DNA of 63,998 nucleotides, the filler included, from Porpidia crustulata (taxonomy: Eukaryota), in NCBI GenBank assembly GCA_964255105.1. It is 5 parts of 5 records of this genome, joined end to end, with 100 filler letters (N's around TTAATTAATTAA, not from the genome) between each part and the next. Parts side by side here need not be neighbours in the genome. Positions count along the whole stretch, not along the records: positions 26,152 to 39,104 come from CAXUWE010000471.1; positions 39,205 to 52,157 come from CAXUWE010000472.1; 3 more parts are not named here. One strand, written 5' to 3'. The notes beneath the pieces were generated by a model, which did no database searches, had not been told where the DNA came from, and worked only from the letters and a program-made list of their open reading frames with translations. This document shows positions 38,175-50,049 of the stretch, one piece after another. Made by a program: the position numbers and the translations under genes. The number at the start of each line of letters is the position of its first letter. Within the stretch, counting starts at the first letter, position 1.

Positions 38175-38411
38175 GCTGTATGGATTTTTCGTGTACATAA
38201 GCAAGTATACCCGCAGCGGATTGGGAATAGCACGGCATTCGGGATAGTAGGAGGAAACGAGCAGATGAGCGAGATGTCCTCGATGCATTTCTTAATTTCT
38301 GCAACACTATTGATCCTTACAAAGCATATATCCCAAGTCCGAGATGATCGTAATCCGCAGATTGCCCCTGACGCCACGCTAATCCTACAAAGCAGTCTGG
38401 ACAGGATGGTG

Positions 38412-39104
38412 TCAAAAGGCCGGGCCTCTCTTACGCCCCGTGTACTTTGATGACGCCTTCACGACCTTCCCTTTCCTCTCCATTTGCTCCTTCTTCTTCA
38501 ATATCCACCCCTTACTTCCCTTCTTATCCTCTCTCCTCCTGACCTCCTTGTTCCTCCGCCTCCCATCCACGACATCCACATCATCCAAGCCCTTTACCAC
38601 CCCCGTGATATCCCCTTGTAAATTCCCTCCTCCGACCGTCAACACCAAATAAAGCTTACTATTTTCGTCCCCGGATCATCCTCCAAGATCCCGGCCCCGA
38701 ACCCCGCCTTGATCGCCGCTCCACTGATCATTCCCCGCTGCTTCTCATTCTTCGGATAAAACTGACACACCGCCCTTCCCCCCCGCCTCAAACTCGCATA
38801 CAAACTATTGAAAAAACGCGCCAGCCGTCCCTGTGGACTCACATCGGTGCTGTCGGCGTTACACAGCCACTGAATCGCGCTGATGCTAATCGCGGCGTCG
38901 AACGCGCCCGCGCGAAACGGCACGCCCTGCCCGATGTCGGCGAGCAGCAAGTCGCCATCAACGTCCCGCTGCAGCGCGACGTCGAGCATCGAGGCGGCGA
39001 TGTCCATGCCGATCCAGGTGTGGGGCCCACCGGCGGAGGGGGGCACGGCGGAGAGGATTTCGCCGGAAAGGCCGGAGCCGCAGCCGATGTCGAGGATCAG
39101 GGAG
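38412..39104 (-). CDS. BUD23: 18S rRNA m7G methyltransferase (BUD23/WBSCR22); 5' truncated, with an apparent 1-nt homopolymer frameshift
   Basis: ILDIGCGSGLSGEIL, DIGQGVPFRAGAFDAAISISAIQWLCNA, RAVCQFYP, C-terminal SKYTGRKR. Frame switch at the T4 run 38662-65. Confidence 0.93.
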
Positions 39105-39204
39105 NNNNNNNNNNNNNNNNNNNNNNNNNNNNNNNNNNNNNNNNNNNNTTAATTAATTAANNNNNNNNNNNNNNNNNNNNNNNNNNNNNNNNNNNNNNNN
39201 NNNN
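39105..39204. other. Artificial contig spacer
   Basis: 44 N + TTAATTAATTAA + 44 N. Confidence 0.98.
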
Positions 39205-39566
39205 GGGTCGAGCAAGGCTTGGGTCTGCAAGGGATGATGGAAGACTTATAGAGGGAAGGCTCGGATTGGGTACATTTGAATGGCAATGGGTGGTCGAGGG
39301 CAAGGCATGATATCTTCACATCCATGGTCGTTCTAGCGGGGATGAATGCTGTTTCTATGCCAGAGACAGACAGCGACCACCAGCTGTAGTGTTAGAGCTA
39401 GTTTTGATACTGTAAGTTAAATATAAGCTAAACGTTGAAGAAAAAGCATGAAATAGCCAGCCATTTTAAACTTCATTGACAATATCAAACATGAATCGTC
39501 ATCGGGGTATCCATTTATGAGAAAATAGCCTTCACGTTGTCAACCTGGATATCCAACGTTTAGTGA

Positions 39567-42500
39567 TCAGCCTTCCTTGGGAGCTTTAGTAATTTGAGTT
39601 GCTCTGGGAGCAGCTTTGGTTTCGGCGGCTGTTAAGCCTTTCCGAATGGCGAGCACGCTATCAACAATTACAGCGTCAATGCCTTCTTTGACCTGAAGCT
39701 GTGTGTCATGCATCAGCTTCCCGATCCGTTCACGACCCAATACATCAGGGGCAGGTGTTCGTACCTTCACTTTCTCTGAATCATTGTTCAACGCTCCATA
39801 GGAAACGCACACGAGCCCAGACTCCTTTACCACCTTCACCAGCCTCGGGCTAATGACCAACGGCTCCGCTGCAGAAACTACACCCAATAGATTCCACCGT
39901 GATGCAAAACGGATGGCTTCTTGTAAACTACTTGCTCGAATGTCACCCACAGGGAAGGTGCCGGCGTCGGTGAGGAATAGTACGGGAATAGAAGGCTGTT
40001 TGAAAGATAAGAGTAGACATATATCTGGATTGAAGCTCGAGAAAATGACGTTGCGCTTCTTGCCCAGGTCGTATACTTTTGTTAGAACAGTGTCGACGAA
40101 AGAGTTGAGCTCGACGGCGTAGGTATCCATATCTTGTTCTTCGCTTTCGTGAAGCATAGGATATTCTAGGTACAATTTTATCAGTATACAGATCGGAATT
40201 TCAATTTAGCAGCCGTAGCATACTCATCTCTATGTTGAAACCAATGCTTTCCGGGAGTTTTTTGAACATCTCTTCCAGTGTAGTGAAAGGCGCTTGAATA
40301 AAGTTCCCACGGCTGTTGCTCTTGAATCCCTTGATCTTGAAATCTCGAGTGTGTTTCATTCGCTCGCTCATGTCTGATACCTCATTTTTAGCCAGAGTTC
40401 CAACAGACATTGATCGATGCCTGCGCGGATCTTGGACCCTCTTGGATGAAGCCTTCTGATCCATCGAATCTGGCGAGGATGGGCGAGATGGACGCGGAGT
40501 CCGAGTATTACTGACATGAAGGAACTAGGACGCTTTTAGTAGCTTCGGTCTGTCGGGATATCACTGATACACGTACCTGCTCAAGTGTAAGGGTGTGAAC
40601 AGGGGCATCGATACCTGTCTCACTAACGAGAAAATCATGGTATATCACAGGGACATGGTCCTTCGTCAATTGCACATCTATCTTGCGTTAGTACCAGGCC
40701 TAATATTCCGCATCTGAGTTTGCGTACCAAACTAGCCATAAGTCAGCAATAGTTAATCTCAATGAAAGCGAAGACTATACCTCTACATATGATGCTCCCA
40801 GATTTGCCGCAGCAATGAATGACTACAAGACATTAGAGATGCAGAACCACCTTTCAAAGCTGGTGTTACCTGGATAGTATTTTCTCCTAGCTGAAGAGAG
40901 CTTCGAGCAGCAACATTCTTGCCCAGACCTTCGCAATAGTTAGGAGAAGCCAACGGCCAAAGTGATCTAATGGCGGGTCACCTCGATGTCCAATAACCAT
41001 TGTGGAAGCCATACTCTTCCAGTATGTTTGATTTTCCGTTATCATCATATCAGGATGGGTAAAAGGTGTGATGACCAGGAAATTGAAGTTGACGGATCCG
41101 ATAACTTCAAGCGTGTTGGCTGCTATGATTGGCACAGTTACGTCGCCTTGGAGAGATATCCGCTTTGTACCAATGCTAGGCTTAATACTAGAAAGCAAAG
41201 CTACAGCGCGTCCAACCACCTGATCGTTGGTCCCAGCATAGGTCGGCACAATGTCGAAGAGTAATTTAACCTTTTCTGGATCACTCGTGGTAAAGACGAT
41301 TGGCTCAGTACAGACATTGTCTTGTACCGGTAAATCAGTGATTGATGGCTCCCCATTCGCATTAGTAGCAGATACCACAATTGACAGCGCAGTGTCTAAT
41401 AATGTAGAATGGGCGTTGATCCAAGGAATTCGGTCAAGATTGACTGCGTCGATAGCTTTTCGAGTATCCATGGTTCCTAGGCTCACAAGAATCATCGTCT
41501 CTTTCGTGAGGTAACGATGCCCAAACGTTTTGACAGGCTCAGTGATTGGGATAAAACCATTACCACTGGTAGCCAGGTTTGATCTCCGGTCGGTAAGCGA
41601 GCTATTAGAGGAAGGAGGGGACGAAGATTCAAGAATTGATGATGGTGAGGAGGACAAATTAGTGGATGACAATTCAGAATCTGATCCGGAGGATGAAGTT
41701 GTGGTCGCAGCCAAAAGTCTGGCAATATCCATATGACCTCTAAGAGCAGCGTGTTCTTTCGCAGTCCATCCCGACGTGTCAACCTTTTCGAGGTCAGCTT
41801 CGGCGGCGATCAGAAGTTGAACTACGCCGAGATGACCATCCACACATGCGATAAACAATGGTGTCCAACCGAAAACATTCTCTCCCAGTTCCGTGTTAGC
41901 ACGTTGACTTTCGGACCCTTCTAAGAGTATTTGAGCACACTCAGTACGGCCAAAGCGAGCAGCAAAATGAAGCGCTGATTCGCCTTGATCGTCCTTGTAA
42001 TTCAGGTCTATTCCGGCTTCCACAAGCAATTTGACAATAACGACAAAATTTGCTTTAGTCGCCAAGGCAAGGAACCCGCCAGACTTCGATATGTTTTGGC
42101 GCTCAGCCCCATTTCGACCGCGTGCCCCTTCCCCCTCTCCAGCTTCGAGAAGTGCTTTGACCGTCTGAGGGTGGCCGCCGATGACGCCAAGGTGCAAGGG
42201 AGCGCAGCCATCAAGGTCTTGCCAGTAGAGCGCGTCGACACCGTCAGAAGCACTGAATTGTGCCCATTCTTGCATGCGTCCTATAATGACTCGGCAAATG
42301 ACGACCAATCCGTGCTGCGCAGCGTAATGTAGCGGCATCCGCCCATAAGCATCTCTTGCACACAAAGCACCCCGCAGATCCTGTCGAAGGTTATCCAGTA
42401 TGTACTCCAGAAGCACGACTGATTCATTGTCTCTGCTTAGCAATGAGCTGCCATCCAGCTCCTTTGTGCGAGATACAGAGGGGGTGAGGATTGGTGGTGC

Positions 42501-43499
42501 AGCTGGTGTGATGTAGTTGAGTATATCCTCGCGCTGCATTTCATGAGCTGCTGTGTCACAGTCGCTTGAATATTTGGGACGGCCCATGCTGATGACAAAG
42601 CGATGTATACAATTGCGTCTATTCAAGTCATCGCCTTCATCCAACGAATTCACCATGTGGAGAAGACCGACGATGCACTTCTTTGCTTTACAGGTTATGG
42701 CGCGCTGCAAAAGGTTGAGTAAGAAGACGGTAGTACTTTTATTATCATCAACGGGAAGAGGGAGCTCTTCAAGTAGCGCCACCAACGTTGATGCACTATC
42801 AGTTCGAATTGCATAATCCACCTTATCCAGTGTAACTATTGGAAGTTCTAAAATGGCCTTGGAGGATACCCTGCGCAGAGAATGAGAAGAATGCGTAGAG
42901 CTTGTATCGTCGGAAAGCTTAACATCTCCAAGCTTTGATAGCCAATCGTTCGCAATTTTCATACTCTCAGAAAGGCTGACGTTGGTTGCGAACTCCTTAG
43001 GATCAACTTTGGACTCCAGGTAGCGTCGCTGCGTCGAGACTTGAGCTACCTTCTTGTCGAGCTTCTTCGTAATCTTAACAAACCCTCTCCGATTGACTTC
43101 ACCGTACCATTGTAACTTTCTCAATTGGCTCCTTAGCTCCAACAAAGCCCCCATAAGATCTTCCACCTCGTCCCTGTCCATGCTGACCGGTAGCTTTGTG
43201 GGTCTTCCGTAGCGGCCATCCAGGAGTTTGAGTCGCCGGGCTGCATCCGCGTACTTTCTGTTGTAAAAATCATCGACATCCTCCAGATTTCGGTCAAGGT
43301 AAAAGAAGAATTCTATCCAAAGATTAGTCCACATTTCAAGAAGCTTATCTCCAATTTACGTGCCAGCAGTATCTGCAGATTCTCCCGCACGAATGGTTTT
43401 CAGCGCAGACTTAATGAGCTTCTTTAAGGCCTTATACTTGATGTAGTGTATCGCCCATTCAGGCACCTGATTCCGCGACAAATTCCTTCCAAATTTCAT
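39567..43499 (-). CDS. GDE1: Glycerophosphocholine phosphodiesterase with SPX-ankyrin-GDPD domains, multi-exon
   Basis: SPX start MKFGRNLSRNQVPEW...YKALKKLIK and VNRRGFVKITKKLDK. Ankyrin repeats (GRMPLHYAA, GESALHFAA, GWTPLFIAC). GDPD motifs VIGHRG, ENTI, YVEFDVQLTKD, GFNIE, IFSSF. Confidence 0.95.
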
Positions 43500-44137
43500 G
43501 TTCGAATGCAAACGCCTCAACTGTCCTCAATCAGGAAGCTCTCAAACGCGTGCTCTTCTACCGAAAACTAAGACATAGGCGTAACCTGACCCTACTAGCA
43601 ATAGTGGAGGAAAGCGGCGAGGGGGATGTTGAGGCCGCCATGTAGCAATTCCAGGAAATCAACGGCTCATACAGTAGGACGTTGTGCAGTCGCACTATGA
43701 ATAGGCACTCCCAGTGGAAGACTTGATCGTGCGTGCTTAGATCCGGGCCTTTCGTTGGTCAATTGGGTACCGAATCATCTGATTTTAAGCGTACGAAGAA
43801 TGGTGGATATTGAGCACGACACTTCCATGCAGCAGTGATCGACTGGGTTGTGAAGCATGTTCTGAGATCAACTGAAGGTTATGGTGTTGAATAACTAGAA
43901 GCTACCCGCCACAGAAGCGTTATATAATATCGGTCCAAATTCCTTTTCATCGTCACATGCAACCGTTGACAAGCTCAAGTCGATTGCGGAAGGACGGTTA
44001 TAAGCTGAACACGAATAATAGTCTTTGAAATGCTCCACCGTTGTAACCTACCTGATTACTTGAATTGATGATGGGTTTCTCTCCGTGACGCCGTTGATCT
44101 GTTGCTGGCACACGTCGTCTCAGATAGAAAGATCTAA

Positions 44138-44228
44138 TCGTATTTACCCAGCAACGAGCCAGACCCGGCGTCGGAACTATTACCCTAACCCTAGGTATCG
44201 TGACTCGTTGCTGGGTACCTAAATACGA
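44138..44228. repeat. Inverted repeat/hairpin of about 21 bp with a telomere-repeat-like motif in the loop
   Basis: TCGTATTTA-CCCAGCAACGAG ... CTCGTTGCTGGG-(TACC)-TAAATACGA; the loop contains ACCCTAACCCTA. Confidence 0.75.
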
Positions 44229-44979
44229 GTAGCCGCATTCGTGAATCCTTGCTTAACAAAGAACCGTCACAACAGATTCTCAGTTCACACTCTTGCGGCG
44301 AGAGAGACTCCCAATTGGGGCGATATGGTGTCTGTCTCACCGGCTTTTGGTCTTACAAAAGACAAATTTGCAATCAATCGTTGACATCAATTATCTACCT
44401 TAATTGACCCTTCTAGCACGTTGATCAACCCTTTCATTCGGCGTACGTCCTTGCTACCAATTCTATCCTTTACAATGTAAAGAATTGATTACAGACTGTA
44501 AAAAAGCTACGCTAAAGAAAGCTACACTCGGTAAAGGTTCCCTGATTCCTGTCTGTCATCCTACATGCCCTGCTTGGCAATTTTTCTACTTTTCTCCCCG
44601 TTTTCATACAAAGACGTGAAAATCGCCTCCCCAGTCAGGCCTTCCAAATTAAATACACTCGATCAAAAAAACAACCCCCACTAAGTGAGGTTTAACACGA
44701 CTGTACAGAATAGACGTCATAGAACATGTCGGAATGAAGTACAACATGTTCTTATTGTTGAGGAAAAAAGGGAAGCAGTCACAAATAGACCCTAACGCCG
44801 GGGCGTTGCCGGAAAGGAAAGGCCAATAAGGCTCTAATACTTTGGGAAAGCTCCAGAGAACAATGGCGATGGGCCAAGGCCTGAGGTAATTAGTATTTTA
44901 CAGAACTTTATCCATCTTGACAGGTCGTAATTCCATTGCCTTCATTCCAGTCAATTGTCTCTTTGGTGTCAATTTGGGT

Positions 44980-47900
44980 TTATGTAGCCTTCCAGTAACG
45001 GCCCCCTGATGGGTTTTGGCTCTGATTGTAATGAGAGTTGCGAGACAAATAATTACGATAGTCAGCCGCGTTGTATTGATTTCGTGGATTGCCCTGGGCC
45101 GGTGCATGCGACGTAACAGTATAACCATTCGCGCCCTGGTTATGGGGCATCAAGGTATGATAGGCTGTGCCGCCAATCGGATAATCCGAACGATCACACT
45201 GAGGCAGGTGGCCTTGTGCATGGTATGCTGAAGAAGCTAAAGATGATGGAGCCTTGATAGCACGAGCATCTTGACTAGAAAGAGACGAATCGGCTTGGTT
45301 ATACCCACTTGTTACCGGAACTTTGTTCTCGCCGTTGTTCTTACCACATTGGTCTTCTTCCTCATCATCGAGTCCCCAACCATCACACTCAGCAATGTAT
45401 TTACGATGCTGACGCTTTTCGGGCGGAACGTATCCCCGAATCTTGCGAGCTTTGTCGACGGAACTGGAGGGGGGGGGAATTGAGTGAAGCATGCCGCGAA
45501 GAAACCCGTGGGCGGGTTTGTTATCGGTTAAGCTAGATCAGAAGTCAATTCAAGATCCGATCGAATGCTAAATTCTACCCAGTCACTTACCTCGATGATC
45601 CCACAGACTCATGCTTCTTAGGGAAGAGAGTTTCCTTCTCGATGGTCGACTTTGCGGATCTCACTGCGCTTGGGACTTTAAAGCTACTTTCTGCAGCTGT
45701 TGTAGTTTGCTGTCCAGAATTAGATGAGGATAATTTCACTGTCGCTTCGGGCGGACCCCAGCTACAGTCGGAGAATGTATCTTCGTTTCCCGGCCCCCAA
45801 GAATCGGTAAGACCGCCAGAAAGGCCATCCTCGGAGAGCCGTAGCTCTTTAGTAGTGTTGTAAACATTTACAATGTCGGCAGGTTCTAATATCGCTTTGT
45901 ATTGATTGCCGTGCGCTTCAGGACTACCGGAATCAGACTCGACATAGGCGTGACACGGTCGAGGTAGGGGTGTTTCAGGCCGCTGGTCCTTAGTCGTGGT
46001 GGGATCGACTTTTTCCTTTTTGTCTAGGTGGGTCATTGTCTTGCTTTGAATACCATACCGCTTAGTTGTGTCAAGGCGCATAAATTGTCCGCTTCGAATG
46101 GAAGAGTCCTTAGCTATGTGGGATGGATAGGTATTACCACTTGTCGCAGAGAGAGGACATCGGCTAACAGCATCTTCATGACCATTTCTCGTTGCAATTT
46201 GAGTTTTTCCTGCCGCACATCTTATGGCATTGGCTTCTTGGTGACAATTCTGTACCGGATCGATGTCCCAGCTATCAAGACGTTGATGTTTCTTAAGCTC
46301 ATGATTTGAATCTTGTGGAGGCGTTGGTGGGAAGGTTGCTTTCTTCTCTTCTGTCTTGCTGCCAAGAGCTAAAGAATAGGTAGAAGCACCGTTCCCGAAC
46401 TCGTTAGTGTGGTAATTATACGCGCTGTCACTCCAGTTCCAAGGACGTGGCTTCAGGAAATGGTCGGCGGTTGGCCCTGGTAAACGAATGGGCTCAGAAT
46501 TTGACATTGCCCAGCGGATATCCTGTTCTGCGTCATATGCGGGATCCTTACTCTGCCCTCCCAAACATCCGTACATTCTGGCTTGTTCACGAGCGCGATG
46601 AATGACTTCTTGGAATTCAGCAGGCTCAGTACAGTAAGATTTGCGGCCGCGTATAGGATCAAACCCAAGTCTATCAACGTACTCAACTTCCTGATCGGAG
46701 ACTAAAGGTCGTTCCTCCTCGGTAGAACTCTCTTGGTTTGAAGCTGCAGCGACTCGATGAATTACACCATTTTTGGCCGAATGCACTTCTTGGTATGTTA
46801 GAAAGGATGTATCTCCGATCATATGTCGGCTAGAATCGGAAGCTTGTGCGGCTGAATTGCCATCTATTGGTTGAATACTGGCACACGAAGACATGGTATG
46901 ATTTGGATGAACATGCTGGGTGAGCTCGGCATTGGGCAAACTACCAGTCGCAGATGCTACACGTTGTGCAAAGCTTGGAATAAACGCAGGAGCGCTGGGA
47001 GAGAGACCTTTGTTGATACCAACACCTTGAAAGCGGTTCACTCCCTTGTCAGTGTTATGTGCCATTGCCGCAGGGGCCGAGGTTCCTTGTAGTGCGAAGC
47101 AGCCAGGTGGAACACCAACACTAACTGGCGGAATGCCAAAGTTCGGCATACAGCCCTTGGACGCAAAATCATGCTGATAATCGCTGGCGCTCCCAATAGG
47201 ATATGGGTTAGCCATAGGTATAGCAGTGGAGCCAGAGCGTTCGGATTGCTCCTTGGCGAGCCTTACAGCATCCAAATGTTCTACCAGCTCTCTACGCTTT
47301 GCTACCAAACTAGCATGAACAGTGGGTGGTAGTTTGTGTAAATGCAAGGCAACGTGCTTATCCAACGCCGTGAGCTGAGAGTGTAAATTCTGGTACTGGT
47401 CGTGGAGAGATGGAATATGAAGGTCCCGGCTAAGATTTGGCAGGTATGATTGTGACCCGCTCACCGCGTTCTCCAGAAGTGTCTGGGATTTCAGTGACGA
47501 TTGTGTTCCAAACCATGGTTGCATAATAGTGGAACCAGCTGGAAGGCAGTGGGAGGGGGCAAGTGTTGACGACTGTGGATTTACATTTTCCACTTCGATT
47601 CCTTTTCCGTTCCAGTAAGATCTATACATGTTACCATTTAAGGAATACACTGTGCTGCCATCCTGTAACAATATTGAAGGCACGGATCCTGTAGAAAATT
47701 GTGTCATGGGTCCAATAGGTTGCATCGGATGCGCACTAAGGGCGGATGATTGATTTATCGCATTGCTATAGCCAGCCTCGCGAGCCCCATGCATATGGAT
47801 AGGGGCGCCGAGAGTTCCGGAGTATGCAATACCAGAGCCATTTCCGTTGTGGTCAGATTTTCCCAGGCCAAAGTCTGATTGCGGACGGCACGGCGGAATA

Positions 47901-48952
47901 CCTGACTGAGTAAGCTTTCCGGGCAGCTTAGTGACCTTTGACTGCTTCTCTAATATAGCATTGATCGAACTCAATGTCAACATGGGGGGAGGTGGTAACG
48001 GTCCAGCGGGAACAATCCTTCCGCCTGCGGTCACACGATGATGAGGAGGCGAAGCATGGTCCTTGAGAAAGCGCGCGAACCCTTCACTTTGCTGCGCGTC
48101 AGGTGTTTGAGGTGGAGGCCGCGGCTGACGAGATGGTTGGTGCACAAAGCGACCTTCAAATGTAAGCTCTTCATCAGAGTCCATGGATCGATGCGTGAAG
48201 CTGGATAAGCCTCGAGAATTGGTTTTTCTATGGCGGGTAGGCCGCGTAGTAGCGTGCTCCTTAAAAAAATTGTCTGATGTCTTGAACGTCAGCGGACTAA
48301 GATGACATGGACAACGCGTTTACTTGATATAATTCCAGTAATCCATGACAAACATTGAGTGATAAGGGCACGATGTGAAGTAGAGGCCTACCTGCGAGTG
48401 CACTGGGGTTGATCCTCAACTCAACATGACGTTCGTCCATTGCCTGCCTAAGCTTCAGTAAAGCAGCGATATCATAGCGTATCAACCCGGGTCTCTGCGT
48501 TGTGGAAACTTTGAGGCGGTCCTGAGCGGGTTAGAAAAGCTGGTCAATTTCTTCTGCTATTGGTAGGTATAGATCACGGGGATCAAATATCTTACCGAGT
48601 TCTCTTGACTCCTTTCTTCGGACAAAGACTGTTCATCAGCCCACGCTGTGACGTAAGAGTCGATTGTTGAGAGCGGTTCTGATTGCACACGATTGCTTTG
48701 CAATGGAGCTTCGTTGCCATTGGAGGCCATATTGACCAAGGCGTTGGTGACTGAAATACGGACGAGCAAATCGCTACCGATGGTTGATCGATTGTTGCCG
48801 TCGTCTGAGGCGGTATTCCCTCTCTGCACTACAACGTATTCAGAGTCGCTGAAGCTAGAGGAATGGTCGTTGTGAAGCGTGCGAGGCCTGGAGGAATATT
48901 TATCGCCCAATGCCAAGCTGGCAAAATGACAACGTTCAGAGCAAAGGATCAA
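44980..48952 (-). CDS. Large, largely disordered fungal hypothetical protein, multi-exon; start uncertain
   Basis: 865-aa ORF 45587-48184 with conserved-looking islands (FARFLKDHASPPHHRVTAGGRIVP; GGQSKDPAYDAEQDIRWAM; PRPWNW), flanked by same-strand ORFs with splice signals. Confidence 0.7.
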
Positions 48953-50049
48953 GAAATCCTTGTCCCAGGACCGATTTTGTTAGAGATGGAATTGGCTCTC
49001 CGGAATGGACCCTTGTCAAGCTCGTGGCTTGACGGTACGCTGGTGAGACAGTGCTGAAGGGCCTCGAGATTTGAGGCCGTGAGAGACGCGTTGGGTCGAC
49101 TGAGCCGGGCTTGATCCTCTGCATGCTAATTAGCACCTGCAGCCATATGAGACCCTAGACGTCCGCTTGAGTCGACAAATTTTGAAGTGCTAGCGTGTTT
49201 TTTTGTAGCCCAGACTACTCAAACTCTCTGGCGGTATCATAATGACACCATGACCATGATGGGAGCCTATGTTCGAGCCCATGTTCGAGAGTGTAGACGG
49301 GGTGGTTGGGGTCGTCAGATTGCAAGACAGGAGGACTCACCAGAGCAATAGTTGTCTAAGCGCGTGCTCATAAAATCATAGGCCACTGATTCATCGACTG
49401 TCGTCGAGGTAGCGATAGGATAGCAACGATTGGCTGGATTATAAGGGGGATGATAGTATTCGCCGCCCGATGAGGAATTTTTGTTGATTCTGAAATGTGT
49501 TGGCCACACTTTTAGGATCATGTGTTAAAGTTGTTTACTCTTGTAGCTCCTACCTCACGTTGTACCCACTAATGCGAAATACAAAGCAGGTGCAACTGCC
49601 AACTTAGCAAATGTTGTATTTCTTCCTTTTTACACGTATATTGCACATTATTAGATACATAGAGAACTAGTAGACATAAATTAATTGAGACTGATCAATT
49701 TTGCTCTACCAATGAACTACGATGAAACAACATTAAGAGATGCACTACCTTCTTATTCGTCATAGCTTTTGAATCAACTGGATTCTCATTGGAAGGGAAG
49801 ATGATTCTCAAAGCGATACAAAGTCATTGTGATACAAGTGTCTCTTCTTTTGTTAGCAGTGAGCACATTTAAATCTTCGATATCGTTACGTACCTTAGTC
49901 TCTCTCATCGTCATTTTGAAGTATATCGCGTATGTATAGAGAGAGATTTCATGTTTATCGTTAGTCATACTACAAGATTGATAATGATAATGATGTTCGA
50001 CTACATCTTTGAAGAAGCTCCTCCTGAAAACCCTGATTTGAACACAATT

